Shown: piece by piece, positions 37,226 through 49,550 of the stretch
Numbering within the stretch: the stretch's first letter is position 1
How the letters are laid out: each line of letters opens with the position of its first letter
From: Phoronis australis
Lineage: Eukaryota; Animalia; Phoronida
Reading direction: 5' to 3'
DNA: 64,000 nucleotides
Assembly: GCA_002633005.1 (NCBI GenBank)
Contig: NMRA01000560.1
Coordinates: forward strand, 203,123 to 267,122
The notes under the pieces: generated by a model
What the model was told of the DNA's origin: nothing
Seen by the model: the letters and a program-made list of their open reading frames with translations, nothing else
Databases searched by the model: none
Translations under genes and position numbers: made by a program

Positions 37226-38399
37226 CGAGAACATATAAGAAAGGCGACTTCAATTGACATGCGTGTGACGTGTGCACGTACCCAGCGCCAGTGCGTCATA
37301 AACACGCGAGTTTCTTCAGCAAATTTGTGCTACAGCTGCGCGGCTCCCGGCCGATTTACACCCGTGGAAAGTGAAAAGAACCAAAGCATGGCCAAATACT
37401 TTGTTGACGCAACCACCACAAACGCAAAGCATCGACATTCCTTACTACACTATACTAGTGAAGTAACCAGAAATGGGTACGTAGAAATTCTTGGCAGTAT
37501 AAGGACGGGAAAACGAGAACTAATACCAGACGACTTTTCCCACTCAAAATAGCGCGTGACTAGTACTTTGATTGGTTATCCCGATCCAACGTCAGTTTGT
37601 ATCGACTAATGCTCGAGGTCTACTAATTTAACACTGATGTCGTCAGATACTATTTGCCGATGTTCTAATTTGACCGTTGATCGACTGGTGAAATTGTTTT
37701 CTTAGATTTTTTGATATGAAACTAGAGGCGCCGTGGGACGCGATCAACAGCCTAAGTACGGTGTACATCGGGCAGTGGTAATGAAAAACTCTGACCCGAC
37801 AAAAAGTCACAAGAATTAAGTTACTGGTGAGTGAAAAAATTGTTATAAATACCCACATTCTTTAAGTTTCAAAATATTCTTTTATAAATGTACCCTTTTG
37901 TCGTAATGGATATCAATATTAAGAAGAAAGAATAGGCGGATTTAGGGGGGGGGCAGGGGGCCCGCCCCCCCCCCTTGGCTGCCGCAAAAAAATAAAACAG
38001 TAAGAGCGTAGGGAAATGTTGAGTTTATTAATTAAAACCGGTAATTAAAATTATACGGATGAAAAAAAAACCTCCTGACCTCCCCCCATTTGGTGCCATG
38101 CGCATCTACAATCGTGGTTCAGTTTGCGCAAATGCTTATAGCCGGACAATTTTCTCATGACCTAAGCTATCCTAATTACCCAGAGTTACCAACATTGGGG
38201 CACAAAGGTCATGATCAGTTTTGTGGTTTTGGTTGACCATTCACTTAACAATGAAGATTCACAAAATAATACATACACTATAACAAAAATACTCAGAAAG
38301 ACATGCATTTAGACAGATAAGACTAATGCAACAAAAAGTGTTGATGGATGTATGGAAACTGTTAGGCTGGAAATTAATTACAACCAGTTATAGAATGCC

Positions 38400-39575
38400 A
38401 AATTATTAGGTTCAAGTTTTCTTACAAAAATTCACAAGTACAACACTAACTTAAGAAGTACAATATATATCTTCGTGAGGATTTTGGCTTGTGTGCAAGA
38501 ACTACAGTAACCAGCTTATACACCTGCTCCTTTTGTATCAAGTTCTAATGATAAAAAGACAAATTTTGAGTAATTGCCCACAGCCAAAAATTGATAGATA
38601 ACAAATCTACCAATAACATTTTAAAATTGATGGTAAATATGACATTAAAATGCCTAAAAGTTGTGGGAAGACAATTCTGGTCACTCGCCAGTATTTCAAT
38701 TTACAGAATATCTAAACAAATTCACTACTTGTAAACAAATAAGATGGAATCATCTGAGAGACAAGAGTACTCTAGTCACTCCATTTTTCCTGAGCATATT
38801 TCTCGAATCTCCCATGATAAAAGGGACGGGAAAAGTCTATAAATTAATCATTTCCAAATTGTATGTCAAACCTGTCCCAGAATTCAAGTGGGAGAGAGAA
38901 ATTAACTTTTTGGGTGATACTCGGGTCTTGGAAAAAAATTCATTCTGTAATTCATCATTGTACTTCTGATGTCAGACTCAGATGGTTTCAATTCCGTATC
39001 AGCCACAGACTCATTGGTACAAACTCTTACTTAAAGAAAATGGGCGTTAGTGAATCGTCTTTGTTTTCTTTCTATGAGGAACATGAAGAAACAATCATAT
39101 TCTACATTTGTATTGTTAATGTTCACATATTCTACATTTGTATTGTTAATGTTCACATATTCTACATTTGTATTGGCAATGTTCACTTGTTCAGGATTTT
39201 TGGAGGTGTTTAAAACATGGATGATAAATCAGTGTGGTGTCCCTCTGCAGTTAAATATGTCTACAGCTTTGTTTGAAGATCCAGCTTGTAGATTAGAAGT
39301 TGTAAATTGCAAAAGGCTAAGCCCAAATTTCAGTCATATTTACAGGACGTTTGCGACTACCACAACCTCGGAAAAATTATTTACAATTGTAAATTGCAGC
39401 CTGAGAGATTCAAGGCAAGGTGGTCTCATTTTTTGACTGGTAATTAGCTTTTATAGGGTTCAATGTTTCTAATCTGTTTGATGTACGGTACTTGATTAGA
39501 TTTCATATCGCTGTGATATGTCCTGGTGGGTTGAATTAATAAATGTTTTATATAAAAAAATTAATAAAAAAATAA
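38400..39575 (+). pseudogene. 3' end of an L1/Tx1-type LINE (zf-RVT region plus A-rich tail), degraded
   Basis: DVRLRWFQFRISHRLIGTNSYLKKMGVSESSL..EETI; AATAAA and A-rich tail at ~39538-39575; internal 30-bp triplication at ~39096-39190. 5' limit approximate. Confidence 0.7.
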
Positions 39576-40073
39576 GATCACTCGCAAGTGATAACTAAAT
39601 GAAAATAACTTTAGTTATGACTTGATGTCCATTTCATGGGATGAAGTTACGAGGAGTAATGATCCTATTGATTAGACTATGCATATTCCTGGGTTCCATT
39701 TAAATGATGATGATATTAACTAAAGATCCTTTTGGAACCAAAAAGCCGTATATGTCCAAGTAGACTGTCCATGATCTTTGTTCTAACTTGGTCTGTGGAC
39801 TTGAATCTCAATAGCCTCCCGTTCCCTACACTGTCACCTAAGTAAACTTAATACACTGAAATCCTCAACAGTCTACAGAGATACTTATACATGAAAGATG
39901 GGGCAAGGCCAATTAACAGGTTCTGACATCACTGTTTTTAGTGAATAAACACCATCCCTAAAGAGAATAAAGTATGCCATAAAATAAGGAAATCTCCATG
40001 GATAACAAATGTATTAAAGAATGCTTGTAAGAAACAAACACTTCACAAAACCCGATACTGTATGATTAAAACA

Positions 40074-40079
40074 TTTATT
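40074..40079 (-). promoter_or_regulatory. Putative polyadenylation signal of RBM48
   Basis: AATAAA on the minus strand about 165 bp after the proposed stop codon. Confidence 0.4.
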
Positions 40080-40242
40080 TATTTTTGATATGGCTTACTG
40101 ACCAAAGAGTGAGGAGGCTAGTTACAGGACTTAGAATGCAAATGAACAAGCATCACAATGCCACCTGGCAGTTGATGTTGCAACGATTAGTATACAAGAC
40201 AGTCTCACTTTGAAAGAAGCATACAGTAAATTGATCCAACTC

Positions 40243-40293
40243 TTATGCATTTCTTTTGGCCATTTTTGCCGGACCAGTGCCTATTGATGTTAT
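40243..40293 (-). CDS. RBM48: RBM48 last coding exon (ITSIGTGPAKMAKRNA*)
   Basis: Acceptor ctcttctttctag; phase 0 matches donor TCT|GTACGT of the preceding exon; TAA stop. Confidence 0.65.
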   Translation of the reverse strand: MTSIGTGPAKMAKRNA

Positions 40294-42326
40294 CTAGAAA
40301 GAAGAGAATAAAGTGATCACCTAAGGAAAACACTTAAGCTAACATTCATGAATGAATGGTTTATCTCTTACTGACTCCATAAAGCAAAGTTTGCCACTTG
40401 TGAACAGAGAGACATTCACAACTGTAACTATTAACCAGCTTCACTAGCATTCAGCCAGCTTGATAATGAACACTCTCATAAGAGAGAGGGGGCAACTACA
40501 ATTTTCAAAGAAAAAAATGTCCATGTTGCCTCTAGAAAAACCATGCCAATGTTTTTTGTTATGCCTGTAGGATGTCCAAATAGACCATAAAAAATTCACG
40601 CCTTTTTTGAACATGGCTATAGAATGAAGGAAACTTTTGTGGTGGTAGTTTTTTTGTTTTATATTTACTATGTTACTCAGAGATCTTAGATAAGGAATAC
40701 TAATCTGAATGTAATGCAATGAAGGTCTGTATGGAAAACTAGAAAAAAAATCCTATCATAATTATCTTATTAAAGAATCCATTCCGTTTACAGTTTACAG
40801 TAATACACAGAAAACACACCTTATAAACAATTATTCCGAAATTCCATTCACTGAATTAAAAAGTTACCATTTCAACAAAAAACAGGCTCATGGCTTGCAT
40901 TACAAGCAATGAAAATAAACTGGTTATCAAGATGAGTGATCTAAACAGTTCAAAGAAACTCACGTACAGATTTAATTTTCCTCCCGATAGTCCTTGTGGT
41001 ATCTTCTAGGGAAACATCACCAGTTAACGAGTCCTTCATAATTTCTCTTTTCCCTTCTTCATCAATCCATGGTCCTTGTACTGCACCAAGAACACAGGCA
41101 TTTTTCTTTATTTCACTGTTCAGTGTTGCATCTTTACTACTGGAACTAGCGGATTTGTGAGGAACGTTCTTTGGCATAACCTGAGCCTGCCTCGGTACAA
41201 ACCGGGCCACACACTGCTTGGGTGCAGAATAGTTCCGCACAACCAGTAGAGGATTCTTTTCAATGTTCGGATTCATTTCAGTCCTAACTGTTGTTTCAGT
41301 ATTGTCACGAGACTTCTTGGTATTCAGTTTGAAGGGAGAATTACTTTTGCTGCAACTCTTACTACTAGTTAGTAATTTTTCAGGACATTCTGTGAGCTCT
41401 TTTTCGTTTTGTGTTCCAGGTCTTGGAAAACCAGGGAGTGAACTTCCGAAATATTCTTCTGAGTTCCTCTCCAATTTTCCAGTAGGTACAGAATAGGGCA
41501 TTTCATACTGACATGACTGCACACAGTTTACACGAGTCATCATATGTTGGTTTGACTGCGAGTCCATTACTATGGGACACTGTGGCGAGGCATTCTGGGA
41601 AGGATCCACTAAAAACTGTCCATGTTGGGGTGGCAGAATATGTTCAACATTCTCTCNTCTAGAAAGAAGAGAATAAAGTGATCACCTAAGGAAAACACTT
41701 AAGCTAACATTCATGAATGAATGGTTTATCTCTTACTGACTCCATAAAGCAAAGTTTGCCACTTGTGAACAGAGAGACATTCACAACTGTAACTATTAAC
41801 CAGCTTTACTAGCATTCAGCCAGCTTGATAATGAACACTCTCATAAGAGAGAGGGGGCAACTACAATTTTCGAAGAAAAAATGTCCATGTTGCCTCTAGA
41901 AACACCATGCCAATGTTTTTTGTTATGCCTGTAGGATGTCCAAATAGACCATAAAAAATTCACGCCTTTTTTGAACATGGCTATAGAATGAAGGAAACTT
42001 TTGTGGTGGTAGTTTTTTGTTTTATATTTACTATGTTACTCAGAGATCTTAGATAAGGAATACTAATCTGAATGTAATGCAATGAAGGTCTGTATGGAAA
42101 ACTAGAAAAAAAATCCTAACATTATCTTATTAAAGAATCCATTCCGTTTACAGTTTACAGTAATACACAGAAAAAACACCTTATAAACAATTATTCCGAA
42201 ATTCCATTCACTGAATTAAAAAGTTACCATTTCAACAAAAACAGGCTCATGGCTTGCATTACAAGCAATAAAAATAAACTGGTTATCAAGATGAGTGATC
42301 TAAACAGTTCAAAGAAACTCACGTAC

Positions 42327-43207
42327 AGATTTAATTTTCCTCCTGATAGTCCTTGTAGTATCTTCTAGGGAAACATCACCAGTTAACGAGTCCTTCATAA
42401 TTTCTCTTTTCCCTTCTTCATCAATCCATGGTCCTTGTACTGCACCAAGAACACAGGCATTTTTCTTTATTTCACTGTTCAGTTTTGCATCTTTACTACT
42501 GGAACTAGCGGATTTGTGAGGAACGTTCTTTGGCATAACCTGAGTCTGCCTCGGTACAAACCGGGCCACACACTGCTTGGGTGCAGAATAGTTCCGCACA
42601 ACCAGTAGAGGATTCTTTTCAATGTTCGGATTCATTTCAGTCCTAACTGTTGTTTCAGTATTGTCGCGAGACTTCTGGGTATTCAGTTTGAAGGGAGAAT
42701 TACTTTTGCTGCAACTCTTACTACTAGTTAGTAATTTTTCAGGACATTCTGTGAGCTCTTTTTCGTTTTGTGTTCCAGGTCTTGCAAAACCAGGGAGTGA
42801 ACTTCCGAAATATTCTTCTGAGTTCCTCTCCAATTTTCCAGTAGGTACAGAATAGGGCATTTCATACTGACATGACTGCACACAGTTTACACGAGTCATC
42901 ATATGTTGGTTTGACTGAGAGTCCATTACTATGGGACTCTGTGGCGAGGCATTCTGGGAAGGATCCACTAAAAACTGTCCATGTTGGGGTGGCAGAATAT
43001 GTTCAACATTCTCTCGTATTGCACAAGACAGTCTTGACTGCAAGCCAGTAGATGGCGCTTCGTGAACCAATTGTGAAGTTGGAGTGTGTGTGCAGTCTCC
43101 TATATCAATGTTTATGGCAACAGATGGGCCTGAAGTAGAACTGTGTTTAAGTTGTTGGGAAGCTGTCCATGATGATGACGATGACGATGATGATGGTTCA
43201 AGAACTC
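42327..43207 (-). CDS. RBM48: RBM48 large low-complexity exon (allelic duplicate at 40968-41656)
   Basis: Acceptor ttttccag|GA in phase 1 with the upstream exon; open throughout; ends DVSLEDTTRTIRRKIKS, resembling the RBM48 C-terminal D.SL..T...IR.KL motif as I recall it. Confidence 0.75.
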
Positions 43208-44932
43208 CTGGAAAATAACCAATATAAACCCTGTTAGATCTTTATTAGGTCAGTTAAATCTATATAGGTCGGTAATGGATCCTCTCTTTCACAAGTTTTG
43301 CTGAATGCACAAAATTTGTCTCTACCAGCTTCAAAGCCAGTCTTTCTGAATTTCTCATTTGAATTCTGTCAACTGGTGACAGTGCCTGTAGACATTGTCT
43401 CAAGGGCAGTCACATTATGATCTCATAGACACAAATAAACATACTAAGATGTACATATATTCATATGATCAAACCACGGAAGTTTCACCATCCTAGACAA
43501 TCAAATGTAAAAATAAAACTCTTGTGCCTTTTCAACAAGAAATCAAATTACACACAGTGAGAGTTTATACTACACAATGAACAAAGTCAAAAGCTCGACG
43601 TAAGCAGATTACACGAGAGACACCTATGGGGGAATAACAATTTTTTGTACAAAGATAAAATTCTATGGAGACCTCAGAAATAATAGATGGAGATTCAAAT
43701 TTAATTATAAGAGCCTCAAAATTTTTCAGTCGGTGTACAAGTCGCAAAGTAGTGAATGCTTACTTTAGCCATACGTTCAACACATCTGATTTTGCCACCA
43801 TTGAAGTAAGTGGTCTTTAATGGACCCGTTTTGTATATGAAAAAATAATGTACACCACAAGGAACAAGTGGTATGTCGAACATGATATAGGATATTGGTG
43901 CGGAAATGAAAGCATTTGTCATGAGGGTACATACAACAAGGATCTCAGTTTTCATATTCTCGTAGAAAATAACTAGGGATACTCTATCATTAGGGAATCA
44001 GTATGCTTCAGGGTCCACTCATCAAGGCAATGAAATTGGTTTTGAAAAAAAAATGCTTCTTGACTTGACTTGGTTCCCCAATAACAGGATCTTGACGCAT
44101 CCTATCTATACAAATTTCTCTACATTATCATCAATAAATTTGTTGGAGTTGTAACGGGGGCGGTATCTACGACCAAGGCGCCCGGATTTTACGAGCCCGG
44201 TGCGGACTGAGGGTGATGTTGAAAACTAAAAGTTGGTGAATAATACATAGGTTTATTGTAAGNTGTACAAAGATAAAATTCTATGGAGACCTCAGAAATA
44301 ATAGATGGAGATTCAAATTTAATTATAAGAGCCTCAAAAATTTTCAGTCGGTGTACAAGTCGCAAAGTAGTGAATGCTTACTTTAGCCATACGTTCAACA
44401 CATCTGATTTTGCCACCATTGAAGTAAGTGGTCTTTAATGGACCCGTTTTGTATATGAAAAAATAATGTACACCACAAGGAACAAGTGTCCAACATGATA
44501 TACGGTAGGATATTGGTGCGGAAATGAAAGCATTTGTCATGAGGGTACATACAACAAGGATCTCAGTTTTCATATTCTCGTAGAAAATAACTAGGGATAC
44601 TCTATCATTAGGGAATCAGTATGCTTCAGGGTCCACTCATCAAGGCAATGACATTGGTTTTGAAAAAAAAAATGCTTCTTGACTTGGCTTGGTTCCCCAA
44701 TAACAGGATCTTGACGCATCCTATCTATACAAATTTCTCTACATTATCATCAATAAATTTGTTGGAGTATTCATTATCAACCATAATTAGTTTGATGCGA
44801 CAACACTTAGTAACAAAGAGATCCCCAGCAGAGCATACAGAATGACCTCTCAGTAGATTATCGATCACAAATCTCTCTGGGATACAAATATTACAAGCAG
44901 CTCATGCAGTATTCTATGTGAAAATGTAGGGG

Positions 44933-44986
44933 GTCCTACTGTTTGGGTGGTCCTACTGTTTGGGTGGTCCTACTGTTTGGGTGGTC
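44933..44986. repeat. 17-bp tandem repeat x3
   Basis: (ggtcctactgtttgggt)3. Confidence 0.85.
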
Positions 44987-45499
44987 ATGAACAAACAATA
45001 TTATAAGGTCTAAACCCTTGCGCTAAGAACCAGACAACTTATGAAGAAGACTGCCCTTGACAGCACCACACACCAAATGATGTTTATTGCTATCCAAAAT
45101 GGCTACAAGGAGGCACAGAATATATATAATGGAACTTGTCCGAAAATGGAATGGCCTAGTCAACTTCACAACAGAAACCTGTTTATATAATTTCGAGAAA
45201 ATCTGTCTAGGAACTTTGAAGATGAGGCAAACATAAAAAATAGAATTACAACCAAAGAAGTTTTCATCTGTGCTGTGTTCATGGGAATCTACTAGTCACA
45301 TTTCACAAAGGTTCTGAAAGGACTTTAGGAGACAGAATTGTGGAAGTAAAACATTATAACCAAGAAGTGCCACACTAGTCTGACACATCTAAAAAATAAA
45401 TGTCAGTGCGCTGTTGTCATTTGTGAAACATTTTTCTGCATGATTATTTGTGGAGCTTGGCTGATCAAGAGCTTTACGCCAGAACAGACTACAAACTAA

Positions 45500-48296
45500 A
45501 AAAGATTAGTCACGGTGTGACAATAATGGACTCTGCGCGTGCGTATTACTGGTATTGTTATGGGAAGTTATTGACTGCAACCTGTTTACCGATATGAAAA
45601 GGATTTCTTTAAAATTGTAGAAGAAATTACATGTTAATATTTTGATGACCTTTCCAATAATTGACCTCTTCCGGTGAATTACGAATCCTGATCAGAGAAT
45701 AATTGTAAACTCGATTTAAAGTGTGGTTAACGCTAAGAATAACAGATGTTTTACTTTAAGCGCTTCACAATACAAGATGAATGAATTGGTCAAACTTTCA
45801 CAAGAAAAATGCACCTAATGACCCCATGGGCGCACCAAATGACCCGAAAATTTAGAATTCAAACTCAATCGCATATAGTAAACAGATATGTAATATTGAA
45901 GTCTCCAGCTCAAAATTTTAGTTTGCATTCAATGACCTTTGACCTATTTTTTCTGATTGGTTAGGCCTAATGCATAGTAAATCCTTTGACCTATTTTTTC
46001 TGATTGGTTAGGCCTAATGCATAGTAAAACCTTTGACCTATTTTTTCTGATTGGTTAGGCCTATTGCGTAGTAAAGTAGGGTGTTCAATGGGTATGTTGA
46101 CTTACCCCAGTGTGCTGAAATTGAAAAGAATTCCTTGAAAAACGTGAGATATTACATTATGAACGTTAGATGACATTTGCACTAATTGACCCTATCCGGT
46201 GCATTATAAGCGTGTTGAGGAGAATTATTGCAAAGCCCCTGAAAAATGTGTTTAATGCTGAGAATCGCAGTTGTCTAACGGTTGACACTTCAGAATACTT
46301 GGTGAATGAAAAGGTCAAATTTTCAGAAGAAAAATGCACCTAATGACCCCATGTTTGCACTCAATGACCTGAAACTTTGGATTCCGAACTGAATTACCTG
46401 TGCCAATCAGACCTGTGAATTTGAAGAGTCTAGCTCAAAATTTTAGTTTGCACATAATGACCTTTGACCTGTTTAACCTGAATGGATGATCCGATTACTT
46501 AGAAAAGTAATTTTTTAAATTGCCTTATTGACTTATACCTGTGTACTGAATAAAGGAGTAGCATTTTGAAAATTACATGACCTTTGCACCAAATGACCTT
46601 TTCGGTGCATTATGGAATATGAATATATAATGAATCAAAATTTATATACTGCCTAACATCATATTTTAAATTTGAGGAACATACCTGCAACCAAATTGGA
46701 GTTAGTAAGTGTCAAGGTTGGTCGGAAGATGAATAAGAACAAGAAAGATTATTGTCAAGGCGTGACAATAACGGACTCTGAGTGTACGTATTTCTGGAAT
46801 TATTACGGGAAGTTACTAACAGCAACCTGTTTACCGATATGAAAAGGATTTCTTTAAAATTGTAGAAGAAATTACATGTTAATATTTTGATGACCTTTCC
46901 AATAATTGACCTCTTCCGGTGCATTATGAGCCCCGATGAGGGAGTAATTGTTAACTCAATTAAAAGTGTGGTTAATGCTAATAATCACAGATGTTTTATA
47001 GACCGGGATCCCAGAGCTTTTTTGGGCATGAAAAGGTAACCAATTTTCTTTGGTGCCACAGTGCTCTATGGGTATCCTGATGCTTGGAAATGGCCTTCTG
47101 GCAGGTTCGCTCTGGTGGGTGTGGTCAGGGGAGCCAAGAGAATTGCACTAAAAAATTGAGCTAGATCAACTTTTCTGGTAACCACTTAAAACTGCCTTCA
47201 ATACCTGCTACGTCATCCATTGTATCAAAATTGGTCACTGCCAGACAATTTCAGTGGTGGGGAGTACCCGCCAGACGAACATATACAGGGTACAAAAATT
47301 GAGCTAGATCAATCCAAGAGGNCAAGATGAATGAAGTGGTCAAACTTTCAGAAGAAAAATGCACCTAATGACCCCATGGGTGCACCAAATGACCTGAAAA
47401 TTTAGAATTCAAACTCAATCGCACTTAGTAAACAGATATGTAATTTTGAAGTCTCTGGCTCGAAATTTTAGTTTGCACCCAATGACCTTTGACCTATTTT
47501 TTCTGATTGGTTAGGCGTATTGCGAAGTAAAGCAGGATATCCAATTGGCATGTTGACTTACACCAGTGTGCTGAAATTGAAAAGAATTCTTTGAAAAACG
47601 TAAGACATAACGTTTTGAATGTTAGAAGACCTTTGCACTAATTGACCCTATCTTGTGCATTATAAGCATCTTTAGGAGTATTATTGCAAAGCCCATGAAA
47701 AATGTGTTAAATGCTGAGAATCACAGTTGTCTAACGCTTGACACATCAGAATACTTGGTGAATGAAAAGGTCAAATTTTCAGAAGAAAAATGCACCTAAT
47801 GATTCATGTTTGCACTAAATGACCTGAAACTTTATATTCCATATTGAATTACCTGTGCCAATTAGACCTGTGAATTTGAAGTGTCTAGCTCAAAATCTTA
47901 GTTTGCACCTAATGACCTTTGACCTGTTTAACCTGATTGGGTGACCCAATTACTTAAAAAAGTAATTTTTTAAATTGCCTTATTGACTTATACCTGTGTA
48001 CCCAATTTGAAAAGAATAGCTTACAAAATAAAGAAGCAGTAGCATTTTGAAAATTAGATGACCTTTGCACCAAACGACCTCTTCCGGTGCAATATGGAAT
48101 ATGCTTATATAACGAATTAAAATTTATATAGTGCCTAAAATCATATGTTAAATTTGAAGAACATACCTGCAACCATTTTGGAGATATTAAGTGTCAAATT
48201 TGGTCGGAAGAAGAATAAGAATAAGAATAAAAAGAATAAAATTGACGAAAACCTAGGAACAACAGTACTCTGCGCTTACACGTGCAGAGTAATAAC
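45500..48296 (-). mobile_element. Helentron-type non-autonomous element (family C), dimeric, tgacctttgacc-rich
   Basis: Units start at ~45500 and ~46737 with hairpin GTCAC..GTGAC and subTIR ACTCTGCGCGTG; (aagaat)n microsatellite; terminal hairpin TACTCTGC..CACGTGCAGAGTA. Lies in an RBM48 intron. Confidence 0.6.
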
Positions 48297-48344
48297 AAAA
48301 ATGACCGCCAAGTGGCACAGAAAATGTCTTATCTGTCCAAAAAT

Positions 48345-49550
48345 AACAAGACCAACGTGGAGCGTTGAAATGCGCCCACGAATGCATCACAAACGGTGTG
48401 CTTTTAGGGTTGATTATTGGTCATAAAAATGGCCACTAGATAGCGCAAAAACATTCAATCCCTCCAAAAATGAGAACGTCATAGCTTCTTTAATAGAAAG
48501 CTCTTCACCAAATTTCATAGAAATTTGTCATGTAAATACACATGTTAAATTTAGTAAAGATCCCGCAAACAGTTTAAGAGATACAGCCATAAGCGAAGAA
48601 AACGAAACTGCCACTAGGAGGCATGACAGTAGTTGCTGAAGTCATCGGAAAATCATCGTCAGCTGTCCACTTCATAGTAAAAACATACATGCCAATTTTC
48701 ACAATTATCCTGAAAGCGATTTGGTTGATAGAGGGGTGGACGCTTAAAAATAGACTCGAAAACGGTAAAAATGACCAATACGTGGTGCAAACTAAATTGA
48801 ACCCATTTGAAAATGGAAAGATAGCGTCACCACAGTAACAGAAGCCTGTATGCCAAATTTTTTGAAATTACGTTGAGGACCTTTGAAGATACAGAGGTAA
48901 ACGTAAAAAAATAAAATTGCCACCAGGGGATACACCAGTAGTCAAATCCGTCCGAAAGTTGTGGTCGTCCTTTGTCAACATCACATAAATGCACTTACTA
49001 CATTTAGAAAAGATCCTGCAGACGGTTTACGAGATACAGCCATAGGCGCAAAAAAAACAAAACTGCCACTAGGAGGCTTCCACCACAGTTGTCGAAATCG
49101 TCGGAAAGTCAGCCGTCCTCTTCATAGTAAGAAAATACATGCCAATTTCCACAATCATCCTCAGAGCGGTTTGGTTGATAGAGTGGTGGACAACTAAAAA
49201 CAGACTAAAAACAGTAAAAATGGCCACTAGGTGGCGCAAATTATGTCGAATATATCCAAAAACAGGTGGATAGCCTTATCTCACTAATAGATGCCTACAT
49301 GCCAAATTTTATGAAAATACGCTGAAGACCTTTGAAGATATAGAGGTAAGTGTAAAAAACTAAAATTGCCACTAGGGGACAGACCAGTGGTTGAATCCGT
49401 GCAAACGTTCGCTCATGTCGCCCCATCTATGAATGGAACACATGTGCAAAATTTCATGAGCATACGTCAGACGGTTTTGGAGTTAGAGCAGCGGACACCG
49501 GACGGATGGAGATGACGGCATAATGCGTCAAATATGTGGGTGCATAAAAA
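48345..49550 (-). mobile_element. Helentron-type family B copy (assembly duplicate at ~49868-51073)
   Basis: Same termini and internal ccactag units as 33684-37225. Confidence 0.65.

Noticed and set aside
34442-37552. Numerous 60-110 aa ORFs here and throughout the repeats
   Set aside because: They lie in non-autonomous repeats or low-complexity (GAT/GAC)n tracts, often start at non-ATG codons and show no recognisable domains.
40293-43016. Apparent tandem duplication of the RBM48 large exon (ORFs 40950-41609 and 42309-43070)
   Set aside because: Near-identical copies meet exactly at the single N (41657); most simply allelic contig overlap, not exon duplication.
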